In this document: piece by piece, positions 50,301 through 62,657 of the stretch
How positions within the stretch are numbered: the stretch's first letter is position 1
How the letters are laid out: each line of letters begins with the position of its first letter
Assembly (NCBI GenBank): GCA_030704615.1
Contig: CM060734.1
Coordinates: 52,576,001-52,640,000 of the forward strand
Origin: Takakia lepidozioides
Lineage: Eukaryota; Plantae; Bryophyta
Direction of reading: 5' to 3'
DNA: 64,000 bases
Notes under the pieces: generated by a model
Told to the model about the DNA's origin: nothing
Database searches by the model: none
The model's input: the letters and a program-made list of their open reading frames with translations, nothing else
Translations under genes and position numbers: made by a program

Positions 50301-52744
50301 TGGTGAGTTCTTGACGAATTCCCTCAGTCTCAAGATACTCCTTAAAAGCTTTGCTTATGAATTCTCCACCTCTGTCACTCCGTAATTTGATGACTCGATT
50401 CCCAGTCGACCTGAAGGACTCTCGCTGCATCTTCTTGAAACATTCCATAACGTCGGATTTTTTCTTGATGTAGTACAACAGCCTGTAACTACTGCAATCA
50501 TCTTTAAAAGATACAAAATAACGACCTCCTCCTTGAGATGTAGTGCTCATTGGACCACAAATGTCTGCATGATAAAATTTACCAAGCAATGGTGCTTTTT
50601 CTCTCTGTTCTTTCACGGGAAATGGTGTTCTACAACTCTTACCTCTAGCACAGCTCTCACAAAAAACTTTCTCTGTGGTTGTCTCTTTGAGACGCAAGCC
50701 TGTGACCAAATTTTCGAGATTCATCTTTCTCACCATGTCATAGTGAACATGCCCAAGCCTAACATGCCATACACTAATACTCTTAGAAGGAGGTCCTGAC
50801 GTTTTTTTTTTTTTCCACAAGTTCATCGCGTTCGGGTTCGGCTTTGTCCTCTAGACCTACTAGATTTGTTGTCTGTGTAGTGAGAACTACTTTGAATTGC
50901 ATGCGCCACAACTGACCATCTTTAACTCCTGTCATGACTAATCTTCTGGTAGGAGAAAACATAGAGCAAGTGCTCTTGTGGTACACAGCTACAATTCCTT
51001 TGTCGGTTATCTGACCAACTGAAAGTAGATTCTTTCTTAGTTTAGGAACATGAAGAACGTTCTTAATGATGCCTTTCTGCCAGGTACCATTAAGAAGAGA
51101 CACAATCTCTATGTCCCCTACTTCTGCCACCTAGACTAGGTTGTCATTTGCTACTCTGACGCTCCAGCTTCCAGGTCGAACTACTCGGTAGGACTTAAAC
51201 CAACATCTCTTATCCGTCATTTGCTGGGATGCTCCAGTATTAGCAAACCAAGCCTCATCCTGACTTGTAAGATGAACATAATTTGCCTCACTTTCAGTCT
51301 CCTCGGTAGTTACAATTGGTTTTTTTTCAGCACCTGGTTCTCTCAAATCTTGACTCTCAAACACTGGATGCTCTAGAATCTCTGCAATTGTAACAAAAAC
51401 ATCTGTCTCGGTCACGTTCACCTCACTCGTGGATACCTCCCTATCAATCTTCTTAGAAGAACTAGAGCTGTACTCTTTAGCCCAATGCCCATATTTTCCA
51501 CACTTGAAGCACTGTGTTACCTTCTTTTTCTTTTCAATTGTTTTTTTTTTCCAGATGTAAACAACTTTTGTTCTTTTTCTTATCATCCTTCCCTGCATAA
51601 AAAGCCTTATCGCTTTCTTCCTCATTCTCCTTCGAGATCTTCAAGCTAGCCTCTCTCTTAAGCAATCTAGCATGAAAACCATTCAGCGTCTGCTCACTTG
51701 CAGGCACACTGTCCCACGCCAAGAGTAATGGTTCATAACTTTGTGGAAGCCCGCATTTGATCTTAGTCAAGAGCTGTCTGTGACTGATCGTTTCTCCAAG
51801 ATCGTTTAGTTTCTTGCCAAGCGAGGAAACCTGACTGTAGAAAGAAGACACTGAGTCTCCTTCTTGCATTCGACAATTAAATAACTTCTCCTGCAAATGC
51901 ATAATACTCTCTTCTGCAGTCTGCTCATGGATCGTGTTCATCATCTCTCACATCTCTGCAGAAGTGGTGCAGTTGATCAATTGATTCATATAAGATTGAC
52001 CGATGGAATGCAAAATTGTCACTATTGCCTTCCTGTCACATCTTTTCCAATCAGCCTTCTCCGCTTCAGTAGCAGTATCACTCAACTTCTCTTCACCAGA
52101 AACAATGGTGAATTGATCTTTTGATTCTAATACAAATTTCATGTGGAATTTCCACAAATGGAAGTTCTCACCGACAAACTTGTCAACTGTCTCAAACTCT
52201 TTACCTACGTCCTCTTTAGAACTCATCTTTGCAACATATGTACAATCTCTTCCAATCTAGATATTGAGTTAGTTATAATAAACTTATGCTTGAAAAACTA
52301 TCTCAATTCTAAACTAAAATTGGACAACTATAGCTAAACTTCCGGTTAAGCATCTGACACTTTCTTGCTAAACAGTCTAAGAATGGCTTTACTAGAATCA
52401 GACAAACAAGTTCCTACGGTACATCTTCTGTGTCAACCCGTGGGCCCATAACCTGTTGTAAATGCCATAGCCAAAAGAAGGCCAAATACACTATGATGAA
52501 AGAGTGCTTATTTCAGATAGTGTACACATATGCTATACAGCTTCCAAAGTAGATATAGCAGAAAACAATCAGCAAGAAAGAGTACACCAGAAAAGAACAA
52601 CGCAGGTAAGTAACTTGGAGGTCCATAGGCGGAAAACTGAAAAGAAACCTACGTGGCTTCTGTATGTCCACAAGTAATGTATCTACGTGGCATTAACATG
52701 GCCCGTGTTAACATTGAATCTACTACCACAATGTACTAACAACA
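47311..52744 (-). mobile_element. Ty1/copia LTR retrotransposon D (degenerate, related to B)
   Basis: LTRs 47311-47597 (outer 5 bp missing) and 52454-52744. PBS GGTTATGGGCCCA (52453-52441). gag 52226-51131, integrase 50826-49861, RT (IYVDD) and RNase H to 47900. Confidence 0.95.
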
Positions 52745-53473
52745 GATGCGTTGTCGAAGGAAGCAAGCGTAAATTATCATTAGTTACCAAATTATTGGGA
52801 ATTTATCAAATTACCGAGAGTAACTTGAGAAACTGCTCACGAAACTTATGGTGTCACTTAACCGAGAAGGGCTACTGCCTCCCTCCCGGTAGGAAGGTGG
52901 ACACCTTTGTGTCTCTATAAGTTGTCTACCCGTCAAACTATGTCTTCCAGTTAATTTGGGGGTTTGGGAAGGTTGGAAAACCGGACACGGTGGGAACAAC
53001 CAATCACGTGGGATCAGCCAATCATGTGGGATTGCGGGAGGCTTGGAGAAGAAAGAAGTGGCTTGATGGGACATAGACACTTGTAATCTTACGTGGTTGG
53101 AATGGCTAATAAGTAGGACTGTATGCAAACCATCTTTTTTATCACACCATGAGGTGGTGCACCTAGTGCAAGATAGTTGCATATATCAGCGAGGACTCGC
53201 AAGAGGCGGTGGGCCCAACATAATCTCTAGAAGAGACGGTGGGGCCAACGTCACAAGTGGGAGTGGGAGGCCAGATAGGCGAGATACAACATTAAGTGCA
53301 CCGATCATAGCGACGAGGTATCCCTAAACCGAGCGACTGGGTAACGACTAGATAGCGGCCCCTGAGCTGATCATGGTCTCAAGAGTCGTACACAAGCAGC
53401 TCATGTAAAACTCGAGTCCATGAAAGTGTTGGCTAGAGACAAAGCCATTGCAAATAGAGTTGCATTTTTTTAA
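52745..53473. repeat. ~725-bp direct repeat, copy 2 (right flank of copia D)
   Basis: Starts on the first base after the LTR. Aligns with 46589-47313. Confidence 0.9.
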
Positions 53474-55679
53474 GACATAATTAACTTGGATCGATGTCTG
53501 CTGTCTGCTCCTGCTACCGCTAGAGTGACGCTTATTTCTTCCCCAAATCAATAAAGTTTTACTGAGGGTTTTTTTTCCCTCTTTATTTTTTTTAAATGTC
53601 CATTTGTCAAGAATTGGATCATTGTCCTATAGCATACAACTCGCTGTAAATTAATAAACATTTGGAAACAAAGATTACCTAGTGCCTTGAGGTTGTTTGT
53701 TGAGTGTATCGCTCACTGGGATTGTAGACCGGCTTCCAATTACAGTTTCTTTTTTTTTTGTTTTTTTATTTCTTAAAGGGAAACAACTGGGAGCGACATC
53801 CCAAACTCATAAAACAACAATGTGGACACTTTATATGGAATAAGAGTTTCCTTGCCACACCATACCATACCATATCATCCCATTGACACTAACACTTGAG
53901 ATGAGAGATAAGATAAAGATAAAGTTTCTTTAACGTCCAGTGAATTTACAGAGCCTACTGCTCAACACACAGGCCATCGAGGGCCCAATGGACGGTCTGA
54001 AGGCACATGTTGAAGGATTGAACCCAGGATCACCTAGGTTATGCACAGGCAAGGCACAAACGAGAGCAGGATTTCCTAAACTGTAACAAATAACACTCTT
54101 TCACTCTTTTCTGGTGTAAAATTACCGGGGAGTAGAAAACATAACAATAAAAAGAGTTATAAGTATAAGGAGAGGAGGTAACATTTATATTCCAGAGTGA
54201 GATGACTGTTACCGCTAGACATCTGCCTATATATCTGTGATTTCATTCTGCCAAAAATGGTGGGAGCTCGGACCATGTGAACCTAAGCTCTGAATCTCGA
54301 TCACCTCGAACTGTTTCAAGCTGCTAGTGTGGTAGTAGTGTGGGCTCAACATTCTTTCCCGGTGATCGTCCGAATAGAGAAGCTGGTAGATTTGAAACTC
54401 GAGGTGGCCGTCACAGTGAACTTGGGAGTACCAGGCGTTATAGTCATTGTGATTCCATGCAGGTCTTCAATCTCTTATAGAATCTCGACTACTGCATTAT
54501 GGGGAAAATGGCCGGAAATCACGTACAATTTGCTTGAAAGAATATAGTGTACACAAACATGCCATGGCTCGACTAACCTCCCATTTCTGCGCTTCCTCGG
54601 TGACCCTTTTGTTGTCGGTTCTTGGATATATCTGGGATCTAATTAGGCCACATTTGGTCACGTCAGTCTGCAGGACCATCAATCTCCGTTTGGAATCTTG
54701 ATCGAGGGGGTTGTGTGTGAGTCGTGAATGACCTAGAGAAAGTGCGTCTGAGTCTCAATCATAGAGCCATGGACCTACGCTCGGAGTTATGTGTAGGTCC
54801 AATTTGTGTTTAGGATCTTGATTGATCATCGAAATTTTCTTTCAAGTGTCCATGGAACTTGTTTCCAACTGTGCGAATATAACAATTCAGAGACTAACGT
54901 GTCCGAGGAGTCCATCTACTCACACAAAAGCGAACAAGGGAGTTTTCCGGTAATTATCTTCATCAACTGTAAAAAGCTTGGGAGCCTTGAGCACTCAAAT
55001 GTGCTTCGAAATTAAAGGTAATAAGAAACCCTGAGGTCAGGATTGAGTTTCCTTGTGTCTCTTCACCAAGTTCTGTATTCTGATCTATTGGCTCCACCGC
55101 GTCTGACCTGAAGCTGAAATAGTATATTAGGATGTGTAGGAATGGGAGAGACATTAATCCGTCTTAAAACTCCTCCTTGCTCAAGGCGCCAGACTACACC
55201 GTGGCTCAGGTGAAACTTTAAAGAACTGCATGTTCACAAAAAGAGATGGAAGTGTATGAAGATCATCATCACATGTAAGAACGGGTAAAACCATAAAATT
55301 GCATGTAAGGAGATCGACTTTCGCGGAGCTAGTGATCAAATTCGTGAGACTTGTCGTCACATGATGGATGGCGGTCACCTAGCTACTCTCAGCTTCTTCC
55401 CATCTGAATCTAAATCGACAGCTCTATTAATGTTCTAAATTAGGTGTCGGATCCCTCTAATGTAGTGATACTCATCTCCTACTCGTCCTTGATAGCTCAA
55501 GTTCATACCTCGTTCATTCCAACGTTCTGCGAGCGTTCTGGTCGTCCGCACAGACTTATTTAGACTTCAATCTTGAACGGTAGGGCTACTATCTGAATCT
55601 GAACATGTCAACAAGGCGTCATAAGTATTTTCCATCAATCAAAACTGACGAAGGGAAGTGAATGATGCGAAGACAAACC

Positions 55680-56150
55680 TTACAGTTGGACGCCCCAGTT
55701 GTAGGACCAAGGACTGCCTTTCCTGTCCGTCAGCAAGTGAATGCCATCCGGCCGAACACTCCAGATGCAATTTCGGCAGTCCCACGGAGACTGGTAGTAC
55801 CTGCCTATCCATACAGGAAAATGAGTATCTGGATACCCTGATGCCAAAAAATCACATGCAAAAAGCGTTCTAGTCCAGAAATTCTCATAAAACCCGAAAC
55901 CATATGTCTGGGAGGGAACAAGTGTATGCCAGCCAAGCTGATCGTTTTTGGAGGCACAATGGACTTGAACGTTTTCGCCCAGGTTGTTGACTATGTTCAC
56001 TGAGCCATGGGGGGTGAAATGAACGAGAGCAGGTGCAGCCCGCAGCGGGGTGGTGATGTCGTCACAATGTACCTGCCCGAACACTATCATCAATATGAGA
56101 GCACAAACTATATGGGATACCCCGGGCTTCACCTTGGACCACTCAATCAT
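55680..56150 (-). CDS. Secreted S-protein homolog (SPH family), divergent paralog, 156 aa
   Basis: MIEWSKVKPGVSHIVCALILMIVFGQVHC signal. VNIVNNLGENVQVHCASKNDQLG..FGFYENFWTRTLFACDF..WDCRNCIWSVRPDGIH. TATAAG about 145 bp upstream. Confidence 0.88.
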   Translation of the reverse strand: MIEWSKVKPGVSHIVCALILMIVFGQVHCDDITTPLRAAPALVHFTPHGSVNIVNNLGENVQVHCASKNDQLGWHTLVPSQTYGFGFYENFWTRTLFACDFLASGYPDTHFPVWIGRYYQSPWDCRNCIWSVRPDGIHLLTDRKGSPWSYNWGVQL

Positions 56151-56909
56151 GGCTGATGTTCTACCTTCTCCCTCTGACTCGTCTACAAACAATCTTCCAG
56201 CGAACCGAAGATGAATTCGCTAGGGGCGAATGCAGGCGTGCCTAGATCTAGAGCAGTGCGAAAGAGGCGAAAGAACAGCATAGAGGCATTTGCTTATATG
56301 CGCGCTTGGCCCAGCACTTCGGCTGTGGCCCATTACATCGATCACTTCTGTCTGGGAGACCTGTCGTGCAATGAAATCAGATACTTTTCTCGCCTGTCCC
56401 ACGAAAATTGACAGACATACAAAAGATTCCCCAGAGTCACATCCGACTGCAAACCAGATTCACGTGACGTCCGGATATTAAATTTTTCTCATAATTTGCA
56501 TTTTCCTAATGAGTTTCTTCATTGGTGACAATTCGAGTATTCAGATCGTATTCTGAAACCCAACAGAATACAAAAGAAAAAGAAAAGGTGGAGTCTTGCC
56601 GAAGCAAGAGTTATATTATAACTCATGGTGTCACTTGACCCCGAAGGGCTACTGCCTTCCGATGGGAAGGTGGGTCACACTTTATGACTGAATGTCTACG
56701 CCAAACTGCACTATGTACCAACACTGGAATACACTGTCCAGTCCGCCGAACCTGCTTACATGCATGATCATCTTATCGATGTGTAATCTGTCATCATCAT
56801 CGTCCTTAATCACAGGAGAGCTTACTAATGATCTGCGAAACTAGCATAGCATGCCCGCGAGAGAGAGGGAAATTCTTAGCACACATCCAATATCTCCTGT
56901 GCAGCCCCC

Positions 56910-59900
56910 GTGAATTGACTCCAAGAATTATGCACAACTATATAGCAAAGAGATTGTATTAATACTGATTGTGAAAGTATACACATAGCTTCACAATCCA
57001 AGTGTACACTGCTATCGCCCTTTCTCTCACACCCGTTGCACCACCTAAGCACAGTAATCAGAACTCACTGCTCGAGCTCAGCTAAGCTCATCGTTATCTT
57101 TGCTATGCCAAGAAGCTACCCAACTATAGGTCGGTACACTACCAACCTCATACCGTATATGTGCTATAGGTATATTTCTACAACACTCCCACTCGGGATG
57201 AGGTTGAACTATCAACACTATCAGCAGCAACGGTGAAAGTGAGACCGAGTAGAGTCTTGAAGCGGCAGAACTTGTCACGAGGGAGGGCTTTGGTGAGGAT
57301 ATCAGCCACATTGTCAGCAGTAGAAACATATGTGATGAGAATCTCGCCACTCTCTTCAACTTCTCTGATCTTGTGATACTTCACGTCAATGTGTTTGGTG
57401 CGTTTATGGAACTCTGGATTTCGTACCAAACGAATTGTGGCTTGATTGTCGCTGTACAAAACTGTAGGGCTAGTTTGTATGTAACGTAAATCATGCAAGA
57501 GGCGACGCATCCAAATGAGTTCCTGGGTGGCAAGATGAGCAGCTATGTACTCGGCTTCAATGGTGGTATCCAGTAGGTAGTTGGGTGGTGGCAACATTGC
57601 AAGTGTAGCTACCATGTCCAATCGGGACAACCCAATTGCCATAGCGTTCCAGGGGATGCCTAGATCGAGTGGCGCGCTCCTCAAGAAATACGTGACTTTC
57701 GAGTTGCATGGGCTGCATGCGAGGCTCAACGTGGCTGGACGAGCCACCAGGGTGTGCGGGTTCTGACACCAAAAATTCTGGAAGGCTACTGGAGGGATCG
57801 CCACTTGTGTCATCCCAAGAAGCAAAAGGTTGTTGCTCATTCAAAACTCCAGTACATGTGGGGTCCGTTGCTTTCTGCTGGTCACACTCGTCGTCTCCAG
57901 AGTGGGTGAGCTCGATAGGAGTGAGCAGTTCGGGGCTGTTGGCCATGATGTCTCCCACTGGTTGAAGCACATGAGGCAATGGATTAACATCAGCACCTCC
58001 CACTGGTCCCAATGCTACTGGCGCCTGTGGATCAAATAAAATGCCGCTCGAATGCTCTCCGGATGAGCCACTCTCATGACTGAGCTCATCGAATAGCACA
58101 TCACGGCTTTCAATAATGCGATGGGACTCATTATCCCACAAACGATAAGCTTTGCTTGTCTCACTGTAATCCATGAAGATGCAATATTTGCTTTTCTGGT
58201 CCAACTTCTTCCTAAGCTCAGAAGGTATGTGAACATATGCACTGGAGCCAAAAACTCGTACATGAGCAATAGAGGGCTTGATGCCGTACCAGAGCTGGTA
58301 TGGTGTGACATTGTCCAGCAAATGGCTTCCGGTTCGATTGAGCAAATACACTGCAATGTGTGCAGCCTCCCCCCAAAACCGTGGGTGAACATTGCTAACG
58401 TGTATCATGCTACGCACAGACTCAATAATAGTACGGTTGTCTCTTTCCGCCACCCCATTTTGCTCAGGGGAGTAAACGCAAGTGAGCTCATGCTTGATAT
58501 CTTTCTGGCTCATGAACTCTTCAAATTTTCCATTGCAAAATTCTGTTCCTTAACCTGATCGGAGGATCTTGATTGTCCTGCCTATCTCACGTTGCATCTG
58601 TCCATAGAAACGACGCAGACAATCCGGTGTGGCTGTTTTATGTGTGATGCAAAAAATGACCCTAAACCCGCTGTGATCATCCTTAAATAATGCGAAACAT
58701 CTTGCGCCACCAACGCTGATCACGTTGATTGGGCCACATAGGTCACAATGCACCAAATCTCTGATCTCTGTGGTCTTCTCCCTGTGTTCATTCCAAGGAA
58801 AAGGCTCTCTGTGGCTTTTTCCATAAGCACGGCCCACGCAAAAAGGTGGATCCTCCCTTCGCCCTGAAATAAACAATCCATCAACCATGTCTCTATTCTC
58901 CATATGCTTGATCATTCCATGATGGACATGACCAAGTCTTTTGTGCCAAACGTCCAAGCTCTGAGTGCAGCCCTTTTTGCTCTGTACACCAATTGTATTA
59001 GCGGAGAATGCGGTGTTTCCTGAGGACTCCAACGAGGATACCACTGTCATTGAAAGTCTATAGATTCTATACTCTTCCACTCCCTTCATCACGACTTCTC
59101 CATCAGCCATAAGACAACATCCTCCTTTGGTGTGTAGGGTATCAATTCCTTTTTGGGCTCCTCGAGAGGTAGAGAATAAGTTTCTGCCATGGACAACATC
59201 CTTGACAATTCCTGTGGTCTGTTTTCCATCAACCCAGGTGTGGAAAATAATGTCACCTATCCCTTGTGCATACAGCACCACACCTCCGATCCCTTCCACC
59301 ACTTGCTTCTCTTCTGAGATATCGCTGTAAGTTGAGAACCAACTTCGATTCTGGCCTGTCCATGTACCAATGTTGTGAGCAAGGTCCTAACTCTGAAGCC
59401 ATGAAGGCCCGATGCACCTTCGATGAGCGAGTGTCAGTCTTTGGCACTTTTTTATTTTTCAATGACTTTCTTGGCTTTGTACATTCCCTGCCCCAATGTC
59501 CAGTGGCTCCATAGTTCCAGCATTCAGTTGTTTTCTTTCACTCTGCTATTTCTTTCCTGTGTTGTTCACGTTGCTCAAGTGTGAGTGGTGGTTTTCTTGA
59601 CTGTGAGCCACATTTTTCTTTGAACGATGCTGCATATGTGGTTACACTTGCACTTTTGCCATTGGTTCTGCTTTCTTGGTCCCGCATTCTTGATTCTTCT
59701 CTGATCAGCCTCCTAGTCATGATACTTATCGTTCGCTCAACTGCAGGGACGTTTTCCCATGATGATTGAAACGATCCATATGCTGCTGGCAGCTGATTTA
59801 AAATCTTGGCCATGACTCTGTTGTCAGTGATTGTATTATCTCCAAGATTGTGAGCTCACATCGCGTCTCCTCGATCTTACCCAAGAAATCTGCAATACTA

Positions 59901-61270
59901 TCACTTTTGTCCATGGTAATATCAAAGAAACGCTGTTGAACATGGTGAATGCTTTCATGCGAATGCTGATCGTGTACCTCCCTCAATTTATCCCAGATCG
60001 CCTTGGAGGTCTTGCATCCCATGATATATTTGGATACCTTCTCCTCCACGGCTTGGCACAGAAAAACTGCTTGATTATCTTTCTTGATCCATGCAGCTAA
60101 ACCCTCGGCATCATTGGAAGGGCTCGTTGTGGTGCCATCAACTAGGTCCATCAGCTCCTTTCCAAGAAAGAGAGCTCTTATCTGAAACTACCACATATGG
60201 AAATTTTGTCATGAGAATCTCATAATATTGCCCAGATCTCGAAGATAAGCCATGCTTGCTACGTGAAGCAAAGAAAATGAACAACTGACGACGTACACTT
60301 TGAACTTAAAACCCAAAAGACATAACCCAAGTGCTACCACTGTTGCAAAGTTACTCACAAGAACTCTATACTGGGGACAATAAACCCTGTCCTGTGTACT
60401 GCAAGTGCGACGACATGACTTCACTGTATTTAAGCTCAACGGCTTGATTGACACAGATATTGTAGACACAATATCTAACGTAACATAAACGAGAGAGAAA
60501 CTAAAAGAATGCAATACCGCTTTTAGACCAGCATACTTATCCCGGAAGAAATTCGTGGGCCCATAACCTGTTGAAGTAGTGCAGTGAATTGACTCCAAGA
60601 ATTATGCACAACAATATAGCAAAAAGATTATATTAACACTGACTCCCAAGGCGTGGCTGGAAAACCGGCCCGTTAACCATCATCACAGCCGGCACTCGAG
60701 GTGACATTCATAACGCCAGTATCACGGACATACACAATAACTTTCAAATTCCCATTCTTCCCATCCACAAATATTTCAAAGAAATCCATCTCACGGCACT
60801 CCATTCACTCACAGCTATTATCACCAACAAACGCCAATTGGAATCCGGCACTTCAAACGCACCTTAGGTCTCCCAGGATACCCCTGAGTACCTAGGGGTA
60901 CCCTCGCCCCCTCTATTCTTAACTGTCACCTGGTGCCCCTTGGACACTTTTTTGTTATAGGGCCCACCCCCGAAAGGGGGAAGTAGCCGCAACGTGAAGT
61001 GGCTCTTAGTTACGCCGGCCTCGGCCGGAGTCTTCTCTCTCTCTATTCTGATTGTGAAAGTATATACATAGCTTCACAATCCAAGTGTACATTGCTATCG
61101 CTCACTTTCTCTCACACCTGCTGCACCACCTAAGCACATTAATCAGAACTCTCTGCACGAGCTCAGCTAAGCTCATCGTTATCTTTGCTATGCCAAGAAG
61201 CTACCCAACTACAGCTCAGTACACTACCAACCTCATACCGTATATGCGCTATAGGTATATTTCTACAACA
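56910..61270 (-). mobile_element. Ty1/copia element A' (same family as A; RT internally deleted)
   Basis: LTRs 56910-57185 (outer ~15 bp lost) and 60569-61270 (contains an insertion). PBS GGTTATGGGCCCA. The post-integrase spacer is fused directly to RNase H near 57565. Confidence 0.93.
60643..61047 (+). mobile_element. 5'-truncated non-LTR retroelement 3' end (RLE / Dualen-like) inserted in the LTR of A'
   Basis: Interrupts the LTR sequence aacactga|ttgtg with CTGA duplicated. Open frame 60643-60867 (GWKTGPLTIITAGTRGDIH..IHLTALHSLTAIITNKRQLE*), then a hairpin-rich UTR and a (CT)n tail. Confidence 0.6.
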
Positions 61271-62023
61271 TACTCGCTTAATCCGGTTGCAGTAGCCACC
61301 TCCCGACTCATCACCTTCATCTACACATCTCCATTGGTTGTCTAAACTTTAAAGCTGAGTAGGATGTTCGTAGCTCATCCACATACTGTATTCTAAGCCT
61401 TCTTTTGAGCGTTTATTATAAGTTCACATGCTTTTCTTGCCAATCGCTTGCATCGTAATGATCGACGTCATGAAAATAACACATAACTGTGGCTCTAACC
61501 AAGATGTAATTGCATCCAAGATAGTGATCTAGTCCATCCTAGCTCTGAGTTTGATTCTATTGGCAATATTCCCGCTCAAACTGGGCGCGGGGTCAATGGC
61601 CACAAGGCTACGGCAAACAACGTCTTATGAGTACAATGTATTGGCAATATGTGTTCCGCTCAAACTGGCCAGCCGCGAGGTCAATGGCCCACAAGGCTAC
61701 GGCAAACAACGTGTTAAAATGAGTACATTCTATTGGCAATCTAGTTTCAATCCAACCATATGCAAGGCAGTGTCTAGGTCACGCTACAGAGTAGATTGTC
61801 ACATCATAGCTGATCAACTTCTTGAACATTGTGTAGTTTCATTATCACATGAGATTCAGGCAGAGCAAGTGATTTATCTTCATGAGCGTCCCTCCCATTT
61901 TGAGAGCTGTTGTTTGGTTATAGCTGATTGAAGGAATATATTTACTGCTTCGGTACTATCTGAATTAGGAACCGGTGCTCAAGGAGTTAGGATGACTGGT
62001 AAGGGATGTGTCAAAGACAAACC

Positions 62024-62497
62024 TTAGTAATGATCACCCCAATTATAGTGAACGGTAGTGGCTGCGAAGTATATGCCATTGGTCATAACGGTCCAGGTGC
62101 ACTTAGCGCAGTAAGGAAAGATCTCAACGTACTGGTTGCCTGCCCAAACGGGAAAATGAGTACTTGGATAGCCAGGAGCCTGAAAATCACATGCAAATAG
62201 GGTTCTTCCCCAAAAATTCTGATGGAACCCAAAACTCCACAGCTGGCCCGGAACAATTGTAACCCAGCCAAGGCTATCATCTCCAGAGGCGCAGTGGACT
62301 TGAATGTTCTCCTTCAGGTCGTTGTAGATGTGTACGGTGCACTCTGGAGTGAGAGATATGAGAGAAGAGGACCCCTGCACTCGCCCCTGCAGAGCCACCC
62401 CGGTGTCCTCACAGTGTACCTGCTTGCTTAGTAGTATTATCACCACGAGAGCACACACCATGTGGCCCACTCCGGGCTTCAGCTTCAAGGAAGCCAT
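62024..62497 (-). CDS. Secreted S-protein homolog (SPH family), close paralog of 16639-17106, 157 aa
   Basis: Same signal peptide and SPH signature. 90 of the last 112 residues are identical to gene 1. Confidence 0.88.
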   Translation of the reverse strand: MASLKLKPGVGHMVCALVVIILLSKQVHCEDTGVALQGRVQGSSSLISLTPECTVHIYNDLKENIQVHCASGDDSLGWVTIVPGQLWSFGFHQNFWGRTLFACDFQAPGYPSTHFPVWAGNQYVEIFPYCAKCTWTVMTNGIYFAATTVHYNWGDHY

Positions 62498-62649
62498 GGC
62501 TGCACGTCGCTACAGATAGCCTCTGTACTTGACCTGCAACAAGAAGCGCACTACAAGAGAACCCACGGAAGAATCTCAGAATGAAACCAGTCGCTGTGGC
62601 AGCAGCGAAAGAGACGTCCCAATGAAGAGGAAGGAGAAGCACAGCGCGG

Positions 62650-62657
62650 TTTATATA
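62650..62657 (-). promoter_or_regulatory. TATA box of SPH gene 3
   Basis: TATATAAA on the minus strand, in the block conserved with 16410-16510. Confidence 0.65.

Noticed and set aside
54250-55600. Possible small gene downstream of SPH2
   Set aside because: Only short frames without recognisable homology or consistent exon structure.
19000-61300. Numerous 60-170 aa ORFs antisense to copia gag-pol
   Set aside because: Shadow frames of retrotransposon coding sequence.
37230-62497. SPH genes plus kinase as an S-locus-like ligand-receptor pair
   Set aside because: The kinase has no transmembrane or extracellular domain and no PrpS-like gene is visible. Linkage alone is not evidence.
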